From Basidiobolus ranarum (lineage: Eukaryota): a DNA stretch of 33,497 nt. The notes under the pieces are model-generated. The model did no database searches, had not been told where the DNA came from, and saw only the letters and a program-made list of their open reading frames with translations. Shown here piece after piece: positions 1 through 12,622 of this stretch. Each line of letters begins with the position of its first letter. The first letter of the stretch is position 1. The stretch is taken from the NCBI GenBank assembly GCA_040143965.1, contig JASJQH010006950.1, forward strand, positions 1 to 33,497. The letters are read 5' to 3'. A program made the translations under genes and the position numbers.

Positions 1-380
1 AGCACAGAATATGGAATTTATGTAGTTGATCCATCACGTTTGCACTCCTTTCATTCACCTACATATTCACTTTAGAACCTATCTAGTATATCTTATCCAA
101 TTAACATGCACTACCAACATCTAATCTTAGGCTTCAAAATAGAACCATTGATTCTGCACCACTTCCTTAGTCTAGTCAGATCCAAATCATTCTCTGTTCA
201 CTGTGATATTCATAAAAGTATTCCAATCCGTCTCGAATAAAAGGAGAATATTGTGTGTTGTGTGGTTATAATACAAGTAATATTCATATTAAAGAATCTC
301 TAGTTCAACCGATTTTTAGGGACATTGAATTAAAAATTACTCATTAAGCATGGGATGAGAGTAGAGAAGGTGGTGAGAGA

Positions 381-408
381 GGGTGGGGTGAGGGTGAGGG
401 TGAGGGTG
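381..408 (+). repeat. Short (TGAGGG)n-like G-rich repeat with five G-tracts
   Basis: gggtggggtgagggtgagggtgagggtg read directly from the sequence. Confidence 0.8.
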
Positions 409-513
409 ACCACGTGAATCCTTGGTCATTTTTGAAATATTGCTAGTATAAAAGCCTGCATAAATTGGTAGTGTATGTAATATATATATGAGAGTTGTAT
501 GGTTGAAAGTTTA

Positions 514-2019
514 TCATCGAGTTCCCAGCCTGAAAATCAGTGCGATAATCATCCCCAGAATGAGGAGAAGTAATAAGATTACCAACATTTTTCGACCGCT
601 ACTCTTTTGATAAGTGGCGCCCTGAAGGTGTGTTGAAAGTATTAGTTTGGTATCATTTATGGGACAGAATGGAAAGATTTATGGGATAGAATGGAAAGAA
701 ACTAAATATTGACCTGTTCTAATTCTTCAACAGCGGAATTCATGTGCATCGCCACTTGTTCAACATTGTAGTCGATTCGATCAAGTAAAGTTCCTTGGTC
801 GATAACAAGTGTTTGCAATTCACGAAATATCTCGGCTAGTGTGCCAATGGACTTGGCTATTTCGTTGATTTCTCGTTCTCTCTGCTCTATGGCCTCCTCT
901 GAAGATTCAACTAATGCAAGCTGGGAGTCATTGAATCCCTAGCAAAAGATACCTATTACTTGGCCATTCGATCAAAGTGTTCAACATGGACTACTTACAT
1001 CCTCGTCCCCAAAGGTAAATTCTGACTCGTCATCGCCCATCATAAAGAGGTCCTTGTTACGAGTAAGAGGAGCTCTTAATTCTAGTGGGGAAAAGAGTCA
1101 GGATGATTCTAGAACTATGGGAAATGGAGATAATCTTACTTTCTAGATATGTTGATTGCTGTTTTCTAAACGCAGCCGAAATTTCTTGGACTTTAGTGGC
1201 TAAGGATATTTGAACATTCTTATTCAGCATTCCTTCTCGGTTCTCCTTTTTCAAGCTATTATGACCCTTATCTGGATCTACAAGCTTAATTCTTTTATGG
1301 CAGTTTTGGATGTCCTTTGTATTAGGTTAGAGAGGAAAGAAGGAATAGACTCGACATGTTAAAATTACCTGGGTTATCTCACTGGTAAGATTCTCAATGA
1401 TTTGCTCTTCTTCCCTGTTATCATCAAAGCCAGGCAAAAGATGCTTTTTGTGTAGTCCCTCGAGTTTACTCACTATTTAAAGAAAGGAATAAATTTTGTT
1501 TAGCAAGTGTATCAAGTCATATATTAACAAAGTTGTTGGAAAACTTCTTACTCTTTTCTTTTATCTCCTCTACAATCTCATTTATCTAAAAAGGAAAGGA
1601 TTAGCCAATCTTTTGGACTTTCAATAAGATATATACAATTGTTCCAATTGAAAGAACCAATTCTTTAAATGTCGGAAGAAAAATATACCTCATCCACCAT
1701 GTCGACCCTAAATAAATAAGGTACAATAAACATACGAGTTGCTTAAATTTGACACACGAGATGATAAAACGAACTAAAGTGACCGTATGCAAAATACAAT
1801 CGGTATTAAAGTACGCTCTATTCTTAGAGTGAAAGTTACGTACCATTGAGGTGGTAGAACCGAAAGTTCAATAATCGTTTCATTGTCTTGATCTGCTCCT
1901 GCGATTAAACCCGCACGCTCGGCCGACCCGTTTACTTCTGGCTGAACATGTGTGCGATGTGTGTGCGAAAAGGAGTTTCTATACTGTAGAAACAAAAGGG
2001 TACGACTTCTAGTTGCCAT
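514..2019 (-). CDS. TLG2: t-SNARE syntaxin-16/Tlg2 (8 exons, including 19-nt and 34-nt microexons)
   Basis: N-peptide MATRSRTLLFLQYRNSF; LPPQW|VDMVDE; LHKKHLLPGFDD; SNARE motif EREINEIAKSIGTLAEIFRELQTLVIDQGTLLDRIDYNVE; C-terminal TM MLVILLLLLILGMIIALIF; TGA at 514-516. All exons join in frame via GT-AG introns. Confidence 0.95.
655..698. repeat. 22-bp tandem duplication inside the last TLG2 intron
   Basis: atttatgggacagaatggaaag followed by atttatgggatagaatggaaag (1 mismatch). Confidence 0.85.
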
Positions 2020-2715
2020 GGCAAATTGGTCGAAAATGTATTTAAAAGAAACTTGAGAAACAAGAGGCGAAGCGTGTGCAATAAGCTATCTAAAGAGAAT
2101 CAAACCAAGTCCTGACAAAATAAGCCATCTAACGTCTCTCGTTAAATCAAATCATAAAAATCACTTATATTATGCACAACTTACGCGAACAAATGGAAAT
2201 GCTATGACTGAGGATCGATGTATTTGAATTATTCACTAAAGCTTGAGTATTCTCCCTATATAATTAGTAACATTGATTTATTGCAAACCAAACCAAATTC
2301 AGCCGTGTTTCCCTTTGTTGTTGCAAAGAAAAGATTCTATTGGCCAATGAACATGTAATCCACTAACTCCAGTTAAATGCGTTTCTATTCGTTCTACTGT
2401 ATAGTTTGTAATCAATGTGGCATATATTTATAACAGGCGCTTAAGTCTATTCTGTTATAGATCTGATTACATATCGTGGTGTAGAAGAACTCGAAGAGCA
2501 ATTATAATAAGCAATTACCACTCTCTCAACAATGCTCGTATCCAATTATCGTTATCTATGATCTCCAGGGCCAGTTTCGGTAAAAATATTGGATTTCAAA
2601 GATTGTTAATCGGTCCTAAATAAAGCAAATGCTGGGGTTATATTAACTCAGTTACTGTTGAAGGATAAACTGCAATCACAACCGAACTTGTACCTTTCTC
2701 CATTTTCCTCTTGTA

Positions 2716-3682
2716 ATGACTGACGTTCAGAGCTATTTACCTTTCATTTTGGCCGCTATTGCCGCCGTCGGCACCACTGCCTACATCTTCACCAGTAAAA
2801 CCAAGAGTATGTATTCTTATTCTGTAAATCACCGGCGAGAGGTTCATCGTTTTAATTATTTTATTTCAACAGAGGCAGTTCTAGACAAAGTGAAGTTCCA
2901 GAAGTTTCCTCTTATTGAAAAAATGATCATCTCTCATAACACTGCCATGTTCGTACTTTTTCTCGTATTTTACTTTGTTTTTAGACTTAATACTAATATA
3001 TATTCACAGTTATCGTTTTGGCCTCCCTCATCCCCAAGATGTTCTCGGACTACCAATTGGTCAACACATTTCAGTCATGGCTACAATCGATGGTAAAGAA
3101 GTTATGAGAAGTTACACTCCTACCAGCTCTGATGATGACTCTGGTCATTTCGATCTCCTCATCAAAACCTACCCCAACGGAAACATTTCCCGTGTATTTG
3201 CCGACTTGAAACTTGGTGATACCCTCAATGTCCGTGGACCTAAAGGAAACTTCACCTACACACCGGGCTTGGTCAAATCCTTTGGTATGATTGCAGGTGG
3301 AACTGGTATCACCCCCATGTATCAAATCATCCATGCTATCTTGAAGAATCCTGAAGATAAAACACAAATCAACTTGATCTTTGCTAACGTAAACCAAGAA
3401 GATATTTTACTCAAAAGTGAGTTAGATGAACTTGCCAAAAAACATGATAACTTCAACCTTCATTATGTCTTGAACAACCCTCCTGAAGGCTGGACTGGTG
3501 GTGTTGGTTTCGTTACTGAAGCAATGATCAAGGAATTGTGTCCTGGCCCTAGCGCCGATTCAAAGATGCTCCTCTGCGGTCCTCCACCTATGGTCAAGGC
3601 CATGAGTGGTTACTGTGTTAACTTAGGTTTTGAGAAGCCTAGAGCTCTCTCTAAATTAGAGGATCAGGTATTCAAATTCTAA
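2716..3682 (+). CDS. CBR1: NADH-cytochrome b5 reductase (exons 2716-2806, 2873-2948, 3010-3682)
   Basis: N-terminal membrane anchor; [25 protein letters not shown] motif RSYTPTS; NADH motifs [11 protein letters not shown] and LCGPPPM; ends QVFKF. Confidence 0.95.
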
Positions 3683-4052
3683 CTCTCCTCTGACAACGCA
3701 TATCAAGTACAAAGAATATCCAACTCAAATCTCTGCATTTCACTCAATTGGGTTTGGGTTTCGCATGTTTCGTATTAATATTAATAAAATCGAATGAAAT
3801 AAATCCCACATTCTCTTCATCTGCGTGTCATAATCTCGTGTGACTCATTATGGAAGGTACAAATCAAATCACATATGTAATGGTAAAGATGTATCAGAAG
3901 AGTATCAGGAAACGACGGATAATAAAGCTAGCCAGTGTATATTCATATTTTTCAGGTTTTTTATTAGCTGCTCATGAGCAGATAAGTCCAGAGTGTAGTA
4001 TCGGGGTGGAAAGAGAAAGAAATGCTATGTGCAGAAGAAAGCGCAAGATCAT

Positions 4053-4595
4053 TTACATGGTAAGTTCCATGATAGCGTTGACAATATCACCGTTGTTAGC
4101 CTTAAGGGCCTTGACAGCCTTAGCACGGGAGACGTTAGCTTGTTGAATAACAAGTTCAATATCCTTGGCTTCAACACCGGTCTCGTCAACATCTTCCTCA
4201 TCAGCCTCCTCAGCGGCAACAGCCTCAGGAGCTTCCTCGATGCTGGCAGCTTGTTGAGCGGCTTCAGCAGCAGCTTGTTGGGCGGCAGCTTGTTGAGCAG
4301 CGGCATTAAGATCCTCAATCTTGCATTCACCAAAGACAACATAGGTGTCATTGCTGCTCTTGTAAACCTCAGGATCGGCAATAACGAACAAAATGTTACG
4401 AGGGCGGCAGAAGGTGACACGGTTGATACCTTCAACAGGCTTCAAACCAAGCTTGGTCATGGCCTTACGGGCCTTCTTCTCGGTACGGCTGTGAACATGG
4501 GCATCGACTTCCTCAACATCAGAGTTGACTTCTTCGACTTGAACGTCTTCGGTAATTTCCTCGATTTTTTGTTCGACAGTAGGTTCGGCAGCCAT
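4053..4595 (-). CDS. EGD2: Nascent polypeptide-associated complex alpha subunit
   Basis: [44 protein letters not shown], and a C-terminal UBA domain ([37 protein letters not shown]). Codon bias suggests high expression. Confidence 0.97.
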   Translation of the reverse strand: MAAEPTVEQKIEEITEDVQVEEVNSDVEEVDAHVHSRTEKKARKAMTKLGLKPVEGINRVTFCRPRNILFVIADPEVYKSSNDTYVVFGECKIEDLNAAAQQAAAQQAAAEAAQQAASIEEAPEAVAAEEADEEDVDETGVEAKDIELVIQQANVSRAKAVKALKANNGDIVNAIMELTM

Positions 4596-4731
4596 CTAAT
4601 ATGCAAGAGAAAGTTCACGATTAATGATTATTTGGTCAGAGCACCGGAATTTCATCCATCTCAATCATTCTAACATCCATCCACCTGGTAGTCATGATTA
4701 CGTAGTTAAAATCGGGAAGCTGTTTACTTAC
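4596..4731 (-). other. Probable 5'-UTR intron of NAC-alpha ending immediately before the ATG
   Basis: On the minus strand: GTAAGT donor at 4731-4726, a pyrimidine tract, and TAG|ATG at 4598-4593. Confidence 0.65.
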
Positions 4732-5321
4732 TTTGAATCCCTTAGCTGATAACGTTAAGATGTGAGAAAGGAGCAATCACTTCACCCGAGGTCTATATCG
4801 GCTAGTTGAACCCCATCCCTCACTATCCTTGCCAAATATGGAAATCACCATCGAATAGGGTTCCTACTTCCAACCCTTATAGTAAATTTCTTCATATCAA
4901 AACTCTGATAAATAGAGCCAAATGCCATTATTTTCGATGGTTAAATCATCGACAACCACACCCGTATAGATCGATTATTATTGTCTTGGACGGATGATTT
5001 CGTGAATGTATTGCACACCATCCATTGTGCACTCGATAAATGTGGGGTTGGGTTTGGGATGTTCATTGATTAAGATTATATTAGGGTTAGGCACTACAAG
5101 TAATATTTGATTAACCCGGACCATATAATATGATTCCGAAACATTTGAAGAAAATGGGAATAAATGGAAAATGATCCCCTTACCCCCAAGCACCTGATAT
5201 ATAAAAAAGCCAACTCTAGTGAGGTGAATTTTTTAACTTTTCTTCAGTCAAGTTAATTTGTACCATAGCCCCAGTGTATTCCTTCTTCCCATCCCTGCGC
5301 CCTCCTCCCCTTTGATAGAGA

Positions 5322-5849
5322 ATGAAATTCTGTCAAACCTCTCATAGCTTTACTCATAGTTGGGAACAGGTCTCTGCTGGCTGGTGGCAAAAATATCCTA
5401 ATGAGAATGCCCCTCATGTTCTCAGCGTTGATGTATTAAACCAACAAGTTGACGCCAAAACTGGATGTATTCGTACTGAACGTCTGGTTGCCTGTAAGCA
5501 AAACGTGCCCATATTGATCAAAAAAATCTTTGGTGCTGATGATGTTTCATACGCTCGTGAAGTGATTGAAGTGGATCCTAAAGCCAAGACATTTACAGTA
5601 TTTTCCCGTAATTTGACCAATAGTGAACTTTTAGCCATGGAAGAGAAGGTGGTTTATTGTCCAGACCCTAACGATTCTTCCAAGACCTTACTTACACAAG
5701 AGGCTCAATTTACCGCTTTAACTCGCTTTTCAAGTTATGTGGAAGACTTTTGCGTTAAACGATTTCGTGATAATGCTGCAGTAGGACGTCAAGGCTTTGA
5801 AATGGTTTTGAACCGACTTTTCTCTGGTAATAATGCGGCGGCCATTTAA
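5322..5849 (+). CDS. UPS2: PRELI/MSF1-family mitochondrial intermembrane-space lipid transfer protein (Ups2/PRELID3-like), single exon
   Basis: HSFTHSWEQVSAGWWQKYPNE..PHVLSVDVL, TERLVACKQNVP, SRNLT, and C-terminal FRDNAAVGRQGFE. Confidence 0.9.
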   Translation: MKFCQTSHSFTHSWEQVSAGWWQKYPNENAPHVLSVDVLNQQVDAKTGCIRTERLVACKQNVPILIKKIFGADDVSYAREVIEVDPKAKTFTVFSRNLTNSELLAMEEKVVYCPDPNDSSKTLLTQEAQFTALTRFSSYVEDFCVKRFRDNAAVGRQGFEMVLNRLFSGNNAAAI

Positions 5850-6314
5850 CTGATCTCAACCATCATTTCACTAGATTTTCAAGTAAAATTTAGACCTCTG
5901 CATATATACACCACACTTTAGCATCTATCTATCTTTTCATACAATATCCACCACCCTTACACATAAAACACACTTCCCAGTAAAATTCAATGGTTTTGCA
6001 CCTATTTTCATCACACATGTTGGGGCTTGAGTAACTTTGTCAGTAACAATCAACCGATGAGCCGATGCATCGATCAATCCATTTATATTAAATTCCAATG
6101 AAACCTATATGTAATTTATCTGTTCCTCTAACGAGTGAGTAGTGAATGGTCATGCACTCCACCTCATAATTCAAATCATGTGATACTCCATCATTCTCGA
6201 TGGACTGTGAAAGTATGTAATGATTGCAAGGACGATCCAATCACGCCGTCATCTCGCGTTCACTTAAATGGACCACTCACTACAGTATTGAAAATCGATA
6301 ACTTTAGAATTAGT

Positions 6315-7522
6315 ATGACTGAACATGTATTACTTTATCTTCAACTTTTAAAGTTAACCGCCATAGAAGACTTTGTTTTAAAACTTGTTCATGATACCAT
6401 TAAGAGTACCTCTAAAAGTTTAACTATTCTTGTTGATTGTCCAGAAACTACTCAAACTGCTGTTTGGGAGGAAGTACAGGAATTGCTAAGCATACTCTAT
6501 GTAAAGGCTGCTAAGACAACCCAGGAGTTCAGAAAGCCTTTGTTAGAGGTGGACGTGCTGTTTAAAGACTGGTGTGGTTACAACGTCTTGTTGGAACGAA
6601 ACAAATCCTATGACTGTTGGGTTGCTTCAAGAAAACGTAGGCTATCTCTAGACCTCTTCCTTTAATGTTTCCTATTACTGAACCATTTTTACCTCAGACG
6701 AACAAATATTGGCGTATTATAATTCTCAACGAGAGGAAGCAGGTCTCGATTTGGTGACGATATACAGTATACCTGAAGAGGAGGCAGGAATAGACATAGA
6801 GCTAACTGCAAACAGCAAAAAAAGGTATAGACCTGAGGAAAAGCATTACCCTAATGTCGCGGTGGGTGGAACTTTTGACCATCTACATGTCGGACATAAA
6901 ATACTGTTAACCATGGGTGCTTGGCTAAGCGAGAAACGACTGATTTGTGGAGTGGCAGGTATGATTCAATTCTATTAATGTTTAAACGAGAGCCGAGGTT
7001 GATTTCTTAACTCCTAGGAACTGAAATGTTGGGGAAAAAAGAGTACGCTAACTTAGTACAGTCCTTAGATATCCGTATCGAGCACGTACGAAAGTTTCTG
7101 AACCGTGTGAAGCGTGGCTTGGTATATGAAGTATGGATATGTCTCTTGGAGCATTTCTACTAATTTGGATGTCAACTAATGTTAGTCATTATAGATTGTA
7201 CCTATCCATGACACCTACGGGCCAACCAGTAAAGATCCAGATATACAAGCAATTGTGGTATCGAAAGAAACACTGACGGGAGCATATGAAAGTAAGAATT
7301 CCTCTGCAACACCTTCTTTCTGATCTCCTCTGACCATAAATTGCAGTTAATAGGGAACGTAGCAAACGCGATTTCGAAGAGTTGGAAATCAAGATCATTC
7401 AGGTGATCTCCAAATCATCCAGAGCACTGGCAAAGAATGAATTAAGAAATCTGCAAATCAGTTCTGCTCAAATACGGGAATATTTACATTCCCATCCAGA
7501 AAAATATCCGTGCACGGAGTAA
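6315..7522 (+). CDS. CAB4: Phosphopantetheine adenylyltransferase (Cab4-like, stand-alone PPAT with N-terminal extension; 5 exons)
   Basis: VAVGGTFDHLHVGHKILL (HxGH motif), IHDTYGPT, AIVVSKET, INRER, ISSAQIRE; TAA at 7520-7522. Start taken at ATG 6315 (MTEHVLLY). Confidence 0.88.
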
Positions 7523-7692
7523 TAATAAATACGATGATTTTAGAGAATGTTGATTCGTTTATGAGATAAAGTTTATTCACTTGGAATATCCAAAAACATG
7601 CAAATGATGATGGCCAAAAATACAAGTGATCGATGATTTTGCGATTATTATTACTATTTATGAGTGCCAACACATGATCCCAAGCGAGTTGA

Positions 7693-10600
7693 CTAAGGAT
7701 GTTGGCGGAAGTTGCCAGATGCATGCTGGAAATCATTGAACATGTTCGATCCTGGAATCGAAGAGGGCGGGTAATGTGAGAATTGGGGGCCTGGTTGATT
7801 TATGTATATCAAAGTGTTCATAATATATAGTATGGAAAAATGAGAGAATTAAAGGGGAATTCTGGCATTGGTTGAATATAGTATGAACGATCAAGAAACT
7901 TGAAACTGACCCAGCTCCCCGTTGTCTAACTTGAAGTCAACATCGTAGCCTCTCAAACGATGGAAGTTCGCGTTGCCATTCCAATTTCTAGGGTCCATCT
8001 TTTCTGATAAATCGGTGGAGTTTGGAGGTGAAGAGACACGTGCTGACATTATGGCTGGATCTTCGAAATGTGCTCGAGGATCTATAAACCGTCAGTACTT
8101 GGAATCCATATCGAGCAATTAAAATTATTAAAACAACTCACCTCTGTAATGGCCGCTTTCACCGATGTTGGCGGCTGCATTGCGTTTCTCCGCCGCGGCT
8201 CTCAAGAAATTGCTAAAGAAGTCTGTTTGTTCAGAAGCAAATTGCGCATCGTATTGTCCTAAACCAGGAGGTTGAGAGTCTGGAATTCGACGAAGGTTGC
8301 GATCAAACATATCCATGCCGTATGTTTGTGGTTCACTCCGGAATGGTAGATTGGGGTTTTGATGTAAATGCCTTGTTGGAGAACGCTCCTGATCGGGGAT
8401 TCTCCCAGAGTATGAAGGGAACGCGGCATCTGGTCGGTCCTCGTAGCCATATCCACTCATGGGATTAAAGGCTCTTCCGCTATATCCGGAAGCATAGCCA
8501 GGAGGTGGGGCCATACCCGGAGGCATGCTTCTAATAGGCGATTGAGCAGCGAATTGCATGGGGTTTTGTGAAGCAAAAGGAGACGTTGGATGTTGATGTA
8601 CTCCCCATTCTTGGCCACCTGTTACTAAGCCTCTACCATCACCTCTATGAGACATGGCTCGGTGAGATATCTCCTCCTTTGATTGAGTACCGAAGTTGCT
8701 AAGATGAGTTGGAAACATTCCACGTACATTATCTTGATCAGGTGCATGGTTGGGGGCACTGCGTCCAAAAGGATCAAAGAGACCACTTGGCTGTGGGGCA
8801 ATGTGGTTGATGGACGACATTCTTGATTGAATTGATCCAAAGTCCTCTTCTTCGTTAAGTGCGAAGCCAAATCTCGAATATAGCTTTGGCCTTGAATTTT
8901 GTACAGGCTGAGTGTTGTTGCTTTCAAGAGTTTGTTTTTGGTATTGTGGAATCTGAGAGAACTCGTCTACAGCAAATGAGCCAAATGGCCGGTTGGGATC
9001 TACTTCGGATTGATTGCTATATGAGTTTCGGATATGCATATTCTGCATGGAAGAAAGCAAAGAATCCCTCCCATCTCTTTCCTTATTATTCTCGCTGCCG
9101 AAGGGGTCGAAGCCTCCTTTATATGTGTTGGCAGATAGAGAGATTGGATTGAAGGGGAAAGCTTCCATTAAACCAGGAGGCAATGAGACATTTGTTCGGG
9201 GTTGCTGTTGGTAAAAGGCTGACCTCTCTCTTTCAAGTTCTGCCATTACTTCTTGATGAAGACGCTCTTCGTCGATTAGGCTTTGCTCTGGTTGTTGTGT
9301 TGCCTCCACCACCTGTGTCTGATCATTAGTGCTAACTTGTTCCTCTAAAACGTTAGTCTCGGGAGCTGCAGCTCTGGCTGAGACTTCTTTTTGAGTATCG
9401 ACTCCAACCTCGGCTTGCTTTGAATGAGTTTGAGTTTCCTGGGTGACACTTTCAGGTGAGCTAGATAGAACTGGTGTGTTGTTGCCGGTTGTGATCTTGG
9501 ATCCTGTACCCGCAGTGTATTTCCCGGGTGGTCCAACCTCTTGCGGCTTCTTACTATCCCCGTCACCTTCGTCAGAACTAGTTCTTGATTTTTGATCCGA
9601 TTGACTTTTCTTCGATAGTGAAATAACCTTTGCTTTGGGTCTTACAGCGGCAGGAGGTGGCGGGAATTGATCTAAGCTTAACAGAGGAGATTTCACAGTA
9701 GAGAGCTTGGATTTATTAGTGGCGAGTTTGGCCCAAGATGCTGTTGCTGGAAGTGCTGATCCTAATTAGTAGAATTGTATTAGTGAAGATCCCGAGCAAA
9801 CTAGCCATTCAACCCGTACACATACCCTCATTGTCCCCGTCGTTGGATTTGCTTTCGGACCTATAAATAGCAACCGGAGTCTCTGGACTTTGTGGCGAAG
9901 AATATGACGGCTCGAACGAGGATAACTCCGGTGAGTGAGCATGGGTTCCAAGTATCTGCGGTTTCGGTGACGAGTGCTCCATCTGTGCATGATGGTCCTT
10001 GAGGTTGTGTCTCCTGAGAATCAAAAAATAACGGTGAGGATGTGTATGGACCATCATTTATGTATAATTCATCCAATTGAACTTGAATGGGTCTCGATTT
10101 AAACAATAGGACAAAAATACCGACCCACTAGCCAAATCCTCTCTCGTAAACGTATCAGCTTCTTCTCCTGGCTCGTGCAAATACATGCAATTTGGATTTT
10201 GACAGGGCATATTTCGCAGATAGTAAGTACAATATTTGGTAGTACCATATGTTGCTCTGTTGTAATGCCAAGCTTAGTACGGGTCAAGACTCTAAAAGAT
10301 TACATGGTGACTACCTGAGGATTCTTCCATCCGACATGCTTCCATCTACAGCACTTATAGCTTTAGCAGAATCCTCACGCCGGGCATATGTGATGTATAC
10401 TCCAACTGTGGGAGTTTGGCCTGGATGCGTACTAGTGGAATTTTGAGCATGCCGGCGGTTTATTACCACTTTCGTAATTTTACCATACTGTCCAAAATAA
10501 TCCGATGAGCGCAACACCTAAAGGAAATTATGCCTTAGAGCTGAATCATAAAGAAAGGGGAGAAAACCCATGTTATTCAGGAGTATTTACCTCTTCTGTT

Positions 10601-11094
10601 ACTTTGGCGGTTAAACCAATAACATAAATTAAGTTTTTTTGTACAACTCTAACATTAGCCAAATGTTTTCGACTCATAGACTCGATTTCTTTCTTTTCAC
10701 GTTCTTTGGCTTTTTTCTCAGTCTTGATTCGAGAGAGTCTAAGTTTTAGGATGAAGCAAGATGAATTAGAAGACAAACCCCTCACTGAAGAGCCAACTCA
10801 AATGCTACACAAACTTACTCTGTAGAAGTAACAGGAGTGAATTGGACATTTTCATCGGAATAAGCCCTACGACAAGCTGGGCATTTTCCATTTAGCTCTT
10901 CTTTGATGTGATGCCAACAAAAACGACAGATCTAGTATGATGAGTGAGGTAAATACATGTTGTATATCCAATTTAATATATAAGGTTGTTGTGTTTCTTA
11001 CTTGATAGCCGCAAGGACACGGCTTAAAATTGCGTTCGGAAAAATCTAATTCCTCCATGCAGAGTGGGCAATCATAATCTTCTAAGTCGGACAT
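7693..11094 (-). CDS. NOT4: CCR4-NOT E3 ubiquitin ligase Not4/Mot2 (9 exons)
   Basis: C4C4 RING CPLCMEELD..FKPCPCGYQ|ICRFCWHHI..CPACRR; RRM RVVQKNLIYVIGL..YFGQYGKITK; zinc finger GTTKYCTYYLRNMPCQNPNCMYLHE; SALPATASWA; long disordered tail with FEDPAIM. The last two exons (stop 7693-7695) are less certain. Confidence 0.93.
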
Positions 11095-11908
11095 GGCAGA
11101 TGTTTACTAGCTTTCGAATGAGTATATCTGATGAATAAATTATCGTTTGTTGGGTAACTATTTTTCCTGCCAGATGAAAAATTATTTTAGGATGATGAGG
11201 GTGTCGAGTCGACAGTACGTAAAAAAAATACCCAAACTCCAGTTAGATGTTAAAGTTTTATGCTTTCTAAATTGAGCGAGTTTTACTGTTGCAAAGTCTT
11301 CAACTTGTTTTCTATAAAAGAAACAACAATATATCTCCTACAGGGTTGTATCAGTAAAGGAAAAAAAAAGAAAAAAGGTAGCGATGTGCAACTGACTGAT
11401 CACCACACAAACTGGAAACTTGATCATTTTGAGCAGAAATAGGGTAAATTTTAATGACCCCAGACAAGACCCAGACATTCTTCAGGTAATTGTTCACTGA
11501 AATTCGGTAAAATTCGATAGTTTCAGGGGTACAAATGTATATTTGTGTTTTAAGGTCAAACAAATGTTGTCAATTCCTTCATCATCTGTGGAAACTGACT
11601 GTACCGTCATAGTCACCTTCCAAAACCACACAATGTGACACACAACTATTTACTACGCATTTAGATGAAATCATGGATTAAACCATTCTGAAAGGATGAG
11701 TTCAGGTAAACAGGAAATAATAGTAGCTATTTGTAATATTTCCCTATAATTTATTATGTAAACGCCAAGCTCACTTTCCAAGGTCGTTTGATAGAATCCT
11801 CTCGTGTTGTTGACAATCTACTTTATATGCGTAATTGCGTTTTCTTGCTCTAATGTCCAAATACATGCATTGTTAAGCGACCAAATAATATAAACATGAT
11901 TTTCGTGG

Positions 11909-12440
11909 CTACTTCTTATTTTTCTTCTTTTTTGTTCGTCGCTCATTGAGATACTGTGATAAAAAGTCTCCTCCACTAATGGCTTTCTTGGATTTTTTGT
12001 TATTACCAGTAGTGGCAGTTCTACTATCTTCATCCTCCGACTGCTCTTCGACTTTTTTGGTGTCCACTTCGTCCTCATCGCGTGGCTTTATCGCCGTTAG
12101 CTTACGCTTCATCTTGCTCTCTATCAAAGATTGACCGACAGCATTGGCAGTACCTTGTGCATGTGAAAGGAATTTGGCACCTAGACCAAGTCTTATTCAA
12201 ATATAAAACCCCGTTAGTATTAAAGACTATTAAAAAGGTGAAGTCAAGAATCGAGTAAAACCTTGGTGCGCGACCCTTAAAGTTTTCAATGGTTTCTGTT
12301 TTTTCCTCTTCTTCTTCTTCTTCGGATGGAAGCCATGAAGTAACCAACGAACGAGCCATGTTGACTGAAACATCGAGACGGGCTTTTAGCGCCTCAAGAT
12401 CAGGGGCTTCTTCCTTCACTTCTTTCTTCTCTTCTGTCAT
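11909..12440 (-). CDS. Small acidic/basic fungal protein, DUF3245-like, probably nuclear/nucleolar (exons 12440-12261, 12191-11909)
   Basis: ARSLVTSWLP, poly-E tract, spliced RAPR|LGLGAKFLSH, and Lys-rich end RRTKKKKNKK. Family assignment is from recalled motifs. Confidence 0.7.
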
Positions 12441-12589
12441 TAGCGTAAATAGTTGAATATAATTACTTTAAATGTTATTTGTATTTAAAATAACAGTAAT
12501 ATGATTTTTTTTCTTTTTTAACTTTTGCAACTGAATGAGAATTCAGTTTATTCTATAATATAGTATTCCAGAGCATATATATAATCTGC

Positions 12590-12622
12590 TTGAAAATTTC
12601 GACTAGTCGTTTAAAATTTCAA
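12590..12622. promoter_or_regulatory. RRPE-like TGAAAATTT elements in near-inverted arrangement around the palindrome CGACTAGTCG, in the 280-bp divergent promoter
   Basis: ttgaaaattt-cgactagtcg-ttt-aaaatttcaa between ATG 12440 (-) and ATG 12721 (+). Confidence 0.35.

Noticed and set aside
3993..4002. GTGTAGTATC resembling the U2 snRNA branch-pairing region
   Set aside because: Isolated 10-mer in the NAC-alpha 3' UTR without flanking U2 stems or an Sm site.
4029..4673. 214-aa antisense ORF and 128-aa alternative-frame ORF over NAC-alpha
   Set aside because: Typical shadow ORFs caused by the strong codon bias of a highly expressed gene; no recognisable motifs.
6135..6314. GTG-initiated N-terminal extension of the PPAT ORF
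   Set aside because: Non-ATG start in a eukaryote; the first ATG in this frame is at 6315 and the extension looks like promoter/UTR sequence.
11497..11620. RNase P RNA (GAAATTCGGT resembles the fungal CR-I)
   Set aside because: No complementary CR-V/P4 partner or P1 stem found downstream.
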